A stretch of 62,914 nt of DNA, filler included, from Octopus bimaculoides (GCF_001194135.2; 5 parts of 5 records of this genome joined end to end with filler, not necessarily neighbours in it), one strand, 5' to 3'; shown: positions 37,025 to 49,450, counted from the whole stretch's first letter. The notes: a model not told the origin generated them from the letters alone. A program made the numbers and translations.

Positions 37025-37310
37025 TAGTGAACGCGCATGGCTCAGTGGTTAGGGTGTTGAACTCACGATTGTGAGATCGTGGGTTCGATTCCCAGACCGG
37101 GCGTTGCGTTGTGTTCTTGAGCAAAACACTTCATTTCACGTTGCTCTACGATCATTTCGACATCTGACGTGTGGCACCCGTTACACCTGTACAGGTAATG
37201 TCGATCTGATGGAGGAAGTGTGCTTATGTGTACACAAACATTTGATCACTATAAACAAATCCTCTGTGTGGTTATTCGGTAAGAAATTGTCGAACCCTTA
37301 TACGTCATCT
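37025..37310 (+). mobile_element. tRNA-headed SINE (family E head, different tail)
   Basis: A box TGGCTCAGTGG, B box GGTTCGATTCC, then gttgtgttcttgagcaaaacacttcatttcac. Confidence 0.85.
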
Positions 37311-37339
37311 AACTATATATATATATATATACACACACA

Positions 37340-37425
37340 CAGGGTGCGATGAGTAAATTGTCGCCGTTTTATATTTTTAATTTCCTGCATGCGCATTGTT
37401 CGTTTTTGATTTTGTCGACTACAAA
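37340..37425 (+). mobile_element. possible Tc1/mariner left TIR fragment
   Basis: starts CAGGGTGCG, the reverse complement of the TIR end at 28963-28971. Confidence 0.4.
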
Positions 37426-37839
37426 GTATAACAGGATCAGAGGGAGAGGGAGATGTGTGGTTTCCTCACGAACAAAACAAAAGTTTTCAATATGTATATA
37501 CGAATATCTAGCATTGAACTATTTATTAGATCTAGTTAGTGTTGGACAGTGTAAACGCACATAACTTGAAGTTTCCTACTGGTAGGTTTCCTCAGATTGT
37601 TTTAAACCATCGGAGTCAGCTGTACTTCCTCTGAGGAAGACTTACCTGATTAATTGTATTATTAGTGTCCGTGCACAAGGAAAGGATAATAATACAGAGG
37701 TATAACTTCTTGCTAGCTACTGGCTTTATATGAATTATCTCCTTTAGATTAGCATGTGTATTAGTAACCGAACAAATATTAATTTTGTTAAGGGGTGATA
37801 GATAGAGCATTTTTCGTAAAGGATGAATATGTGTCTAAT

Positions 37840-38250
37840 TTTATGGGGAGGCCGCAAATCTTATATCACACGCGGAGAATTTCGCCTCTAGTTAAATTGC
37901 AGTTTAATTAACTTTGCTAAAAATGAGATTGGACCCTTCTGTAAAAGAAATATTAAATAACATTAGTGGTTACATTCGAAAAGCAACAAATCATTGCCGA
38001 TGGAACAACACCCAAACTGTCATTTGCTTGTTTAAAACATTGATAATAAAAGCGAGTGCACATTAAGTGACTTCAATATTGTCAAAATTTTATCGCCCCA
38101 TCTTGACATCACTACTCATCAGTGCTCCAGAAAAGGCGTAACACTGTAGATGATGATGACATTGAAGTTATACATGTCAAGAAAAAGCCTTATTTTCGAT
38201 AAAAAAAAAGATGCTTTCATTAGAAAAGAACAAACCCTAGATCCTTCCTA
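37840..38250 (+). mobile_element. Penelope-like element RT fragment, decayed
   Basis: SHAENFAS..CSLINFAKNEIG/KEILNNI..YIRKAT..RWNNTQTVI.LFK..FY..DDDDIEVIH..KK matches the PLE RT pattern DHK.NF..CRLINPAK.EIG..SK.IL....QW.NT..VI.WF..FYPSI. Confidence 0.75.
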
Positions 38251-38957
38251 TTTAGCGTCGCTGATTCAATGCCGACTTATTTGACATCAGGCATTTTGTC
38301 CCCCAGAACCTTTTGGCACTGTGAAAATTTTGTTTTTATTTAAGTTAGCAACTAACTTGTAATCACAACTATTAAACTAATCGACTACAAAACTTCGTTT
38401 GGCTTTTAGCTTCTCTTTATATTTGTGATGGCCGGTGAAATATTGACAAAAGGCGGTAAAGAAAAAGTCTTTTTTTAAAAATCCTCATGGCGCATTTCTG
38501 TACATCTTTGATAAAGTAGAACTGACAGTGCATTAAAATTTTGGCGCTGCGACCAGAGATATCTGATTCTGTTGGTTTGATGTTCCAGATAAACTCAAAA
38601 ATAAATTTATTGTCACTGATAGAGGCCTTTACAGAAATGTCAGAATAGCTGTTTATTCGATAAAGTCAGATGTATGATTCTGTTGATTTGTTTGTTCTAG
38701 ATAAAGTGACGTCCCTATATTTCATACTCTGAGCGTAGCCACCGGTCGTAAAATTAATCGGTTGACTTTTCCTCTTCAATACCAGGAGTAGACGCTTCTG
38801 GCTCTGTGTCGATCTGACGAAAACTTTGTAACAAGAAACTTCCAATTGATCTTGATAACGATATAGACGTATTTTATCCTTAACGTCAAATGCATTCTTG
38901 TACTGACCATCTCGTCTTTTTGTGTGCTCGGCGCTACTTGCGAAGTATATTTCTCTT

Positions 38958-39077
38958 TTTAAAGGATGAAAGGCAAAGTGGACCTCGGCGGAATTTGAAC
39001 TCAGAATGTAATGACCGACGAAATAACGCCAAGCATTTCGTCCGGCGTGCTAACGATTCCGCCAGCTCGCCGTCTTA
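38958..39077 (-). mobile_element. SINE family A 5' half
   Basis: aaaggatgaaaggcaaagtggacctcggcggaatttgaactcagaa...gctaacgattccgccagctcgccg. Confidence 0.9.
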
Positions 39078-39116
39078 ATCGTTTTGTATAGTGTTGCTGC
39101 TGTTGCCGTCGTTGTG

Positions 39117-39158
<42 letters not shown>

Positions 39159-39989
39159 ATAGTGGTAGTTGTTGTTGTTGCTGTTGTTCTAGCTATATGT
39201 CGTTGGCGTTATTATTTAGCCCAGTTATTGAATAGAAGCGACGATGGGCATTGTTCGTTTCTCCGTTATTTTGTTTTCATGTTTATGACATGGTCCTCGG
39301 CCTGTGAACGTTGAGTAGTGAAAAGATTTATCAGAAGAACTTGTCATGTAATTTAATACAAATCTTTAGAAAGAAAATAATGTTTTTTCTTTCTTTCCTA
39401 TAAACATACTTTTTATTGAAACTTCAAACTATTCATTTCACACTTAAATTTTATTACCAAGTCTTGTCCTGCCGGTGACGGTTGGATGTTTATTTGCTTG
39501 TTTTTACTTTTCTTGTGTATTGGTTCTTTGTTTGAGAGTTTCTCGTTCGTCCGTTCGTTCGTCTCCAGTGAGATTTGTTGTTGTTGTTGTTGTTGAGGTT
39601 GTTATTGTCGTTGTTCTTGTTGTTGTTCTTGTTGTTGTTCTTGTCTGTTGACATTCTTCTGCCTTTATTTTAGCAAGAGAAATCAAAATCTACAATAAAC
39701 GAAATTGAATTGACAATACAAATATAAAGATAAAGATATATGATAAAAAAACAACAAAAAAAACTCTAAAAGAAATTTAAAGGAAAAAGTAAAAAGAACA
39801 TTTGGAATTTGTGGTGGTCAACTCAAAATACACACACACACACACATACACATATAAGCCGTCTAAGAATTCATAAGTCAGAAAAAAATATACACTCGTA
39901 TATTTGTCAATAAGGTGGGTATATTGCTCAAAGTGTACAGTGTGATATATCCATTACAGCCGATCTTGCCAATCAGTTTCGCACCTGGG

Positions 39990-40233
39990 GTTCAACATGT
40001 TAGGTAAAGGCTCAATGATGTAACCCCCGCGCTCTTCAGAGATGGTGGTTAGGGTAGCGGCTGGCGACCCCTGTTGTATTCATTCGCTCCAACTTTCTCT
40101 CACTCTTTCTTCCTGTTTCTTGAGTAACGCTGCGATGGACTGGCGTCCCGTCCAGCTGGAGGGGTGGGGGAACACATACGCCACAGAAACCGGGAAACCG
40201 GGCCCATGAGCTTGGCTAGCCTTTAAAAGGGCG

Positions 40234-40236
<3 letters not shown>
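39990..40236 (+). mobile_element. SINE with V-domain-like segment (family D)
   Basis: ctgcgatggactggcgtcccgtccag...gccacagaaaccgggaaaccgggcccatgagc; homologous to 58815-58975 (minus). Confidence 0.8.
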
Positions 40237-40278
<42 letters not shown>

Positions 40279-40613
40279 CGTGTCTGTGTGTGTGTACGTA
40301 TAGAGACCATGTACAGCATTCTTCACATGTAACAATATGACGCAGTAACGAAATTTCACATCACAGTTACATATACATTTCTTCGTCATCTGCCATAGTT
40401 TTAGTAATTCTATTTCGAAAGCATGTCTTTTTTTCCCCCTCAAATAATGTTTGAACATGAAGTATTATTCCAGTCGTCATCGTCGTCGTTATGAAGTACA
40501 AGAAGAAGAACAGCAGCAGCAACTACAACAGCAGCAACTACAACAACGGCAGCAACAGCAGCAACTGCAACAGCAGCAATTTCAGTCATTTTCCAATGGT
40601 GAATTTTTCTTAC

Positions 40614-40640
40614 GGTTTTAGCATTTCTGTTTCTCTCACT
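40614..40640 (-). other. candidate 27-nt frame-preserving microexon (SERNRNAKT or VRETEMLKP)
   Basis: minus strand: long pyrimidine tract ...ttttgcattgctttactctcatttcag | AGTGAGAGAAACAGAAATGCTAAAACC | gtaaga. Confidence 0.4.
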
Positions 40641-41420
40641 CTGAAATGAGAGTAAAGCAATGCAAAAGACCATAAAAAAAAGAAGAAAAACAAAAGAAGT
40701 TATATAATGTAAAATCTGTAGTCTACCAATGCGACAAATGTGAGAATATTCTGTATGGCATCGAACACAAAAATGGTTGCTTAGTTACTTGAGTATAAAC
40801 TGATTCTCAAAAAAATCAAGAATAAAATCGAAAATAGAAATAAATAACAAAACAAAACAAAAACAAAATAAAAACCATTTTTTCTTTTTAACTTGAAACG
40901 ATGACGTCAACAAACATGATAGAAATCTTGGAACTCTTGAACGCTTCTTAACGAATATAGAAACAGAATTAAGACATGTAGATTTTCTTTAAAATTACAA
41001 CATTCAAATACAAAGAAACAAAGAAGAAGAAAACGAAACGAGAAGTTAAGCAGCAGAAGATGGTAGTGGAGGGGGCAATGCATCACACACTTCAGAAAAA
41101 AATGGTGCGTTCAGCCGCGCCCCGCGGTCATAAGCGTGATGGCGTTGTTGCGGAGAATGGCCAGCGACATCCCCTCGTTCTGAATGTCATAACTAGAATT
41201 GGCCTCTACACGGCTGGCTTTCATTTATATATATATATATATATATATATTAAATTCAAATTACGACAAACGTAAATAAACAAACGAAGTTTGCTTTTTT
41301 TTTTTTTTAGAAGCGTTGAGATGTCTTAGAAAGTTAAAGAAGTGATTTTAAATTCTCAATCGCAGAATAATATAGCCTGAACAGGGTAAACTACCCCTAT
41401 TTTGCAGAAAAACGTGTAGG

Positions 41421-41496
41421 TGGCTAGCTGTGGACCCGAACTCACATCCCCGTGATTACGCGTCACGATGCTTTGACCGATTAAGCTAAACTACCC
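41421..41496 (-). pseudogene. degenerate tRNA-like sequence (Thr-CGT-like loop), likely a SINE head or tRNA pseudogene
   Basis: GGGTAGTTTAGCTTAATCGGTCAAAGCAT-CGTGA-CGCGTAA-TCACG-GGGATGTGAGTTCGGGTCCACAGCTAGCCA; perfect anticodon stem, but G33, imperfect T arm and acceptor stem. Confidence 0.6.
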
Positions 41497-42999
41497 ACTA
41501 CAAATTCCTCTGCAAATTTAAGATATATAAATCTCGCTTTATGAGACGCTCTCATATGTTAAATTCAATATATATGCATATACGTCGTCAGTAGTTTCTA
41601 TATTCGAAAAAAGAAACACATTCTTAAACATGAGAACAATAATATATATTTTTATGACCTTAAAAATTATGGCCGGTGGTCATAGATTGACCATTGGCTT
41701 TGCACCTATAAAGCGCTTAGTAGTATAGGGGACTCGTCAGACTCGAATGGCTGAAGGCACGTAACCTCTCTACAACTGGAGGGAGAAATACGTAACGGTC
41801 AGTTGGTTTTGTAAACAAAAATGTTGTCCGTGCTGCAGGCGGAGCGGGGTTATCCCCCTTACATCGGCTCCGGTCGTGGTAATATTCGAAGGAGGTGCGG
41901 TGGGCCTATTCAACGAATGGGGAATTCCAAGCCTGTAGCAGGAAACGTTTTTAGATGAGGGCAGTGACTGAAAACTCGCTCGATCCGGGGCCCTTTTTAA
42001 ACTCAAGGGTAGAAACCGTTCTTATGAGTGTATGGATCAAAAAGGACCTTTGATCTTTTTGGATTCTAAATAGGTAACCTAGTGGTATGGAAGAGGTATC
42101 CTAAGTCTTTCTTCTTGACCATGCTCATGTATTTTGCTAAAGTCACGCCATACATCACGTGACAATGCCAGAAGATTAGTGTGTCTATTTTCCCAGAGAC
42201 TAGCGTGAAGCCATGACGAGAAAGTAACTACAGACACTAAATATATATTGGTGCATGTATGTGTCTCTGTGTGTAGGAGTATATGTATGTGTTTGTAGAT
42301 AAATGCACAGACGCATAGATAAATACACAGGCACATAGACAAAGACTTCATATTGTATAAAGAAAAAAAAAACTAGTGTGAATTGATATATAGTTTGGGG
42401 AGTACAGGAGGAAGAAACGGCGAGGCATTTCTATTGAAATAATTGTGTCATTGAAAAAATTATAGGGAGAGACTGTCTCCCAAAATGGCGACTTTGTAGT
42501 CAACGCTTTTGAACAAATTAGATTACCTCCCGTGATTCAATTCGGATCGAAACTTCAAAGGTAAATAAAAAGTAAAGGAATTACCCTTTGGCAATGATGG
42601 AATACTAGCTTGTCTTCAACATATTTTTTAATACACTTCAGTTGAAAAATCTAATAATATTCATCATCGAACGCCGGGATTGACAGATCGAAACATTATC
42701 TCATTCTCTCTTTCTTTCTTTCTCTCTCACACACAGACACAGACACAGACACACCCACGCACATTCACACACATTCAATTTCCCCAAAAAAGGAAACCAA
42801 GATTATAGATATTGCATTACCTGGGGATGCACACATATGTGTCAAAGAACTAGGAAAGATGTAAAAGAACAGACTACTAACGGACGAAATTGCAAGAATG
42901 TAGGTTATGAGAAGAATGCCTTTTATGCCGGCAGTTGTAGAGGGCGCTCGGAGCACTAACAATCAAGTTCGATAAATATGTCAGAGAAATCGGAATATC

Positions 43000-43026
<27 letters not shown>

Positions 43027-43031
<5 letters not shown>

Positions 43032-43256
43032 GGCCAGTTGGCAGAATCGTTAGCAGACTGGACAAAATGCTTAGCGGCATTACGTCCTTCTTCACATTCT
43101 GGGTTCAAATTCCACCAAGGTCGATTTTGCCTTTCATCCCTGGGGGGAGGGGAAGGGGTCAATAAAATACGTACCAGTCGAACATTAGTGTCGATCTAAT
43201 CGACTGCTACCCTCCCCACAAAAATTTCAGGCCTTGTGCCTTTAGTAAAAAGGATT
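43027..43256 (+). mobile_element. SINE family A copy followed by an (ATT)n tail
   Basis: ttggcagaatcgttagca..ttcaaattccaccaaggtcg..aaatttcaggccttgtgcctttagtaaaaaggattagtattatt. Confidence 0.9.
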
Positions 43257-43303
<47 letters not shown>

Positions 43304-43323
43304 TACTACTACTACTATTATCA

Positions 43324-43387
<64 letters not shown>

Positions 43388-44189
43388 CATTATCACCGCC
43401 ACCACCACCACAACAACGCCACCACTTCCCCACCGCCGGTGTCACCACCACCATCACCACTACNNNNNNNNNNNNNNNNNNNNNNNNNNNNNNNNNNNNN
43501 NNNNNNNNNNNNNNNNNNNNNNNNNNNNNNNNNNNNNNNNNNNNNNNNNNNNNNNNNNNNNNNNNNNNNNNNNNNNNNNNNNNNNNNNNNNNNNNNNNNN
43601 NNNNNNNNNNNNNNNNNNNNNNNNNNNNNNNNNNNNNNNNNNNNNNNNNNNNNNNNNNNNNNNNNNNNNNNNNNNNNNNNNNNNNNNNNNNNNNNNNNNN
43701 NNNNNNNNNNNNNNNNNNNNNNNNNNNNNNNNNNNNNNNNNNNNNNNNNNNNNNNNNNNNNNNNNNNNNNNNNNNNNNNNNNNNNNNNNNNNNNNNNNNN
43801 NNNNNNNNNNNNNNNNNNNNNNNNNNNNNNNNNNNNNNNNNNNNNNNNNNNNNNNNNNNNNNNNNNNNNNNNNNNNNNNNNNNNNNNNNNNNNNNNNNNN
43901 NNNNNNNNNNNNNNNNNNNNNNNNNNNNNACCCCCACCCCTACCCCACAGACACATAGGGGTGGGGCGGATGGGGTTTTGGGCTCGGAGATATGTTTAAT
44001 TCGGAGGAAATATGAGTGTTTGAGGTTGTTAATTCGATCTTGAAGTGGAAGCGGTCAATTGTGAAAGGAAATTATGGAGTTTCGTGGTTTTGTATGTTTG
44101 TTTTTGTTTTTCAGTTTTTGTTTTTTTTAAAAATAAAAGACTTTTTTTAAATAAAATGTCGAAGTCATAACTATCGACATTGCATGGTG

Positions 44190-44236
44190 AATCATCGACA
44201 TCGTCGTCGTCGTCGCCCGGCGTCGTCACCACCACC

Positions 44237-44284
<48 letters not shown>

Positions 44285-44605
44285 GTCATCATCGTCATTA
44301 TAATCAGGATCATCATCATCATCGTCTTCCTCATCGTCGTTGTAATTATCGTCATCATCATCGTTATCGTCATCATTGTGACCATCATCATTGTAGTCAT
44401 CATCATCATCATCGTCGACGTCGTCGTTGTCACTATCACCATCATCGTCATCGTCATTAGCATCGTCCTCGTCCTCGTCATCGTCATGATCATCATCGGT
44501 ACTATCATTGCTGTCGTCGTCATCATCGCCATCATCATCATCATCATCTTCGTTGTCATCATAGTCATCGTCGTCGTCGTCGTCGTCATCATCATCATCA
44601 TCGTT
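44190..44605. repeat. cryptic (CAT/CGT)n trinucleotide mosaic
   Basis: about 140 NNT/NTC-phase triplets dominated by cat/cgt. Confidence 0.9.
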
Positions 44606-44639
44606 TTGTACATCTTAGACAGCAGCGTTTTCCAATAAG

Positions 44640-44850
44640 ACCTATTTGTAATTTTTAAGACTCCAGAGTGTGATTGGAAGGATATTTGGCTACCATTTCT
44701 AGCTAGCAGATCGATCACTTAGAGGCTTTGTCAATAAGACGTAGACAGACTATGATGTTATTACCGTTGTTGTTTATTCCCAGTTCAGCTTTGATCAAAC
44801 GTACCTATAAAACGAAGGTACTCTAGCCGTGACAATCCCATCTTGTTATG
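44640..44850 (-). mobile_element. retroposon family H pieces
   Basis: gtgtgattggaaggatatttggctaccatttctagc and ctttgatcaaacgtacctat..ctagccgtgacaatccc, homologous to 61055-61255. Confidence 0.6.
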
Positions 44851-46599
44851 GGCATCAAATAAGACTACGACCAAGTTTTCGCGATATCCTTAAAGCCAGG
44901 AACTTTTCAGCACCCGCTTGCACATAGCATTTATACTCTGCAAATCTGTTTTGAATGCATTAGACAATTTGGTATCCTTGAGGTTAACCACGAACCGAAG
45001 GCTTGTTTTGTTCTTTGTAGCTAATTGTATGACTCTTCATATCACCTATGCAAAATGGATTGTTCTTCGACTCTGTTTTCTGCAAATGGCATTTGGTTTC
45101 AAAGTGTTTGTTAAGCGTAACACCAAAAATATTTATCATTCACAGTTCCACTTCAACCTTTATCATAAGAGAGAATTTCTTTTTATGATTTCAGTAACAA
45201 GTTTTCTCAAGTTATCACCAATACATTAGCGTGTTATTTTTTCGAAATTACGAGCTTACACCTCATCTAACCGTGTGAAAATCCTCGCTGTTACCATAAA
45301 ACATGTTCAATATAAAGAACAAACGTACTAATTCGTAAATTTCACTGACGTCTAAGCCACGTATGATGACACCAAACTCATATCTTCCATCTATCTTTAT
45401 TCAACACGTATCCACCCTAAAAAACAAAGCAAAACAAAAAAAAAAACAAACAAATTAAATTACCAATCTTCTGTTGCGAACGATTATATTCAGCTCGTTC
45501 TGTATAAAGTTTCAAGGTTAAGTTGGTGAATTGGACGGCTTTTAGTTAGTATCAACGACTTACTGAGGTGAAAATACGCAACAGTGTCGAATTGGATAAA
45601 TTCACATTTATCCTTTACTTCAAGATTATCGAAGCACATAATAACTGTTGTAGTTACATATACAGAAATACGTTGATTGCTTTTAACAATACTTTATTAC
45701 AAACTACACCCGAAATCGCCTTCTGTATTTGACGGAGTTGTCGAACTCATTTTTCTGCTCATTTAGTATAAAGGACGGGAATTATTTCGAGATATTTGAA
45801 TTTGTCTTGCATGAAAACGCAGCTCGTATGTGCTACGCTTCTACGTTGATTTTATTCTGTATGTTGCTGATGTCTTTATTGCTGTGTGAGTCTGTTATCG
45901 TATTAAAGGTTGTGTAAAAGGCATCTTTGAAAATTTCCTGTTTTGTCAGCAAATACGAACTCGTTTCTGGAATATCTGATAAGTTTTATATCCTCCAGGA
46001 ACTAGTGATATAATCAATAACACCTGAGATCGTTGAGGGTGAAATGATCGTGGGTTGTGACATCAGAAATTGTTTAAAACTTCTAGTCATTACACATTAT
46101 AACTTACAACTCACTGATGCGTACAGCAGGCAACAAAAATAACTGCTTTGTAAGTTTAACAGACTTGAAAGAATTGTATGTTTGTATTTCGTTTCTGTAT
46201 TCGGTCGAACTCTCTCAGTCTCTCTCTCTCTCTTCCTTGATATTACATACATTCTCACATCCATATAAATATGAAACCTGTAAACAAGGAGACATACGAG
46301 CTAACTTGAAGCAGACTTGGAGTAGAGAGAGCAAGCAATTGATGAGGTAACGAGTGACGATGAAAACTTTGTCAAATGTAGCTGATTGATTGATCGATTA
46401 ATCCATACAATGCTAACTGGTTAAATGGTTGACCGATTGACAAATTAAAACAAAGAAGTGAAATAGATCCAGTGCGTGAGTTTATTAATGGCATAATGAC
46501 CCTCCCACGACATAACAGTGTAAGAGTTACTCTAAAATACTTTTCACAATATAAATTGCTTTTAATAAGAGATAAGTAGATCTTTTATTTTAAATTATA

Positions 46600-46870
46600 T
46601 CTTTTGTTTCTGCGATTTGACTGCGGCCATGCTGGGGCACCGCCACGAAGAGTTTTAGCCGAACAAATCGACTCCAGGACATATACATTTTAAAGCCTAG
46701 CACTTATTCTATCGGTCGCTTTTGCTGAACCGCTAAGTTACGAGCACGTAAACAAATCAATAACAGTTGTTAAGCGTTGGTGGGGGAAAGCACAGACACA
46801 CAGACACACACACATACACACACACACACACACATACATACACACACACACATACACACACACACACACA
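46600..46870 (-). mobile_element. SINE family C 3' half with (CA)n
   Basis: gatttgactgcggccatgctggg..ttgctgaaccgctaagttacg..gttgttaagcgttggtggggg..cacagacacac. Confidence 0.88.
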
Positions 46871-47100
46871 TCCACCTCTCAGCAAACTGGCTAGAAGACA
46901 ACACTTCCCTCTCTACCCTTATTTTCCTTAAGTTCATCAGGGATTGGCCAAAGAGATAAGATCGAACCTTGATGGATTCCACCGCCTAGCTTCTCCTTAC
47001 ATATTTCTCGAACTGGTACCAATATAAGAAAGGATTCCAATACCTTCACCGGAGCTTCAAACGTGAGGGTGATACTCAAGCATTCAACCATGACTGCATA
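46870..47100 (-). mobile_element. L1/Tx1-like ORF2 C-terminus fragment
   Basis: LFGQSLMNLRKIRVEREVLSSSQFAERW, homologous to 8380-8480. Confidence 0.75.
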
Positions 47101-47301
47101 GCATCCTATAGCAGAAATGGCTGTAAGTTAATGGAGCTCATAAGACGATCGATTATTTTACCGTCATTCTAATTTATTATTACCACTTTGTACTCGATAA
47201 ACGCATTTTTTCTGTATATTGAATTCTATCACCAGATTATTAGCGTCACTATGTTTAAGTGAAACATATATATATATAAATATATATATGTACACATCTA
47301 G

Positions 47302-47348
<47 letters not shown>

Positions 47349-48954
47349 NNNNNNNNNNNNNNNNNNNNNNNNNNNNNNNNNNNNNNNNNNNNNNNNNNNN
47401 NNNNNNNNNNNNNNNNNNNNNNNNNNNNNNNNNNNNNNNNNNNNNNNNNNNNNNNNNNNNNNNNNNNNNNNNNNNNNNNNNNNNNNNNNNNNNNNNNNNN
47501 NNNNNNNNNNNNNNNNNNNNNNNNNNNNNNNNNNNNNNNNNNNNNNNNNNNNNNNNNNNNNNNNNNNNNNNNNNNNNNNNNNNNNNNNNNNNNNNNNNNN
47601 NNNNNNNNNNNNNNNNNNNNNNNNNNNNNNNNNNNNNNNNNNNNNNNNNNNNNNNNNNNNNNNNNNNNNNNNNNNNNNNNNNNNNNNTACATATATATAT
47701 ACATATATATATACATATATATTCATATGTATATATATGTATATACATATGTATATATAAATGTGCGGTGTGTGTGTTTGTGTCTGTCTATATATGTATA
47801 TTTTTTTATTTCTCTGTGTATGTGCATGTATGTGTGTATATGATTGTCTATGTGTGTGTATGAGTGTGTATGTGTGTGCGTTTATGTGTGTGTCTATGTA
47901 TACATATATATAGTCAGGCATAAATGGTGTTTATATTAGAAGGCCTATGTGTGCGATTAGGTCTGTAATTCTATTAAGCATACAGTAAAAAAGTAATCAT
48001 ACATATTGTCCTTCTGGTAGTATAGACACTATATATGTCTGACTTTATATATATATATATATATCATATGTACATAAACACACGTAGATTCACATATACA
48101 TATATATCTTTACATATATATATATATATANNNNNNNNNNNNNNNNNNNNNNNNNNNNNNNNNNNNNNNNNNNNTTAATTAATTAANNNNNNNNNNNNNN
48201 NNNNNNNNNNNNNNNNNNNNNNNNNNNNNNCAGGAACTTTTCAAAGCGAGTGAAAGGAATTTTTTACACCCAGCAAACACAATTACTGGTCACAGTAGCT
48301 ATGTGTATTATTTAGCACCTCTTTAGAAGAAATATTTTGACTATCGTAATAATTGAGAATTCAAAAGCATTACAAGTTCAAGTTGTATAAATAAGATTTG
48401 AAAATCTTGTTTATAGACACCGTTTATATTATTCTAGCTCACTCCTTTGAACATCTCCAAATACAGAAGAAAAGACGAGTTCTGATCTATTCAAAGTGTC
48501 TTCAAAACCACTTATTTATAGACACGCATACATTAACACAGGGAAATACTGACTCGACAAAACACAAAGACATACATACACGCACAAACACACACATGCA
48601 TATATACATACATGTATATATACATATGTATATATATATATATATACGCATAACATCAATTTTACGAGGTAAATATGTTTGTAATGGGTCGAATTAATAG
48701 AGGAAGCAACGTGATGGAAAGATGATTGGAATGTTAGTTTGATTCACTTATCTTATTTATATTAACACACAGAAATACACCCACACACAAGCAAGTTTGA
48801 AGTCAAACGAAACTGCAAACATATATAGGGATACATCGAAATACAAGCGTCTCATTTGGATCCTATAAATGGAGTATATATGTGTGTGTGTATGTATATA
48901 TGTATGTATATGTTTATATATATATATTATGTATATATATGCATGTATATATAT

Positions 48955-49011
<57 letters not shown>

Positions 49012-49359
49012 NNNNNNNNNNNNNNNNNNNNNNNNNNNNNNNNNNNNNNNNNNNNNNNNNNNNNNNNNNNNNNNNNNNNNNNNNNNNNNNNNNNNNNNNN
49101 NNNNNNNNNNNNNNNNNNNNNNNNNNNNNNNNNNNNNNNNNNNNNNNNNNNNNNNNNNNNNNNNNNNNNNNNNNNNNNNNNNNNNNNNNNNNNNNNNNNN
49201 NNNNNNNNNNNNNNNNNNNNNNNNNNNNNNNNNNNNNNNNNNNNNNNNNNNNNNNNNNNNNNNNNNNNNNNNNNNNNNNNNNNNNNNNNNNNNNNNNNNN
49301 NNNNNNNNNNNNNNNNNNNNNNNNNNNNNNNNNNNNNNNNNNNNNNNNNATCTGTGTGT

Positions 49360-49363
49360 ATTA

Positions 49364-49448
<85 letters not shown>
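49360..49448. repeat. (ATT)n microsatellite
   Basis: direct reading. Confidence 0.95.

Positions 49449-49450
<2 letters not shown>

Noticed and set aside
37030-37100. SINE heads with A and B boxes as real tRNA genes
   Set aside because: No proper acceptor or anticodon arms, and they continue directly into SINE bodies
42672-42690. gggattgacagat resembling 18S rRNA
   Set aside because: Only about 13 nt match and the flanks do not continue the rRNA alignment
46100-46175. Several overlapping micro-exon readings on both strands (6, 20 and 23 nt)
   Set aside because: Mutually incompatible alternatives on both strands suggest chance GTAAGT/CAG occurrences
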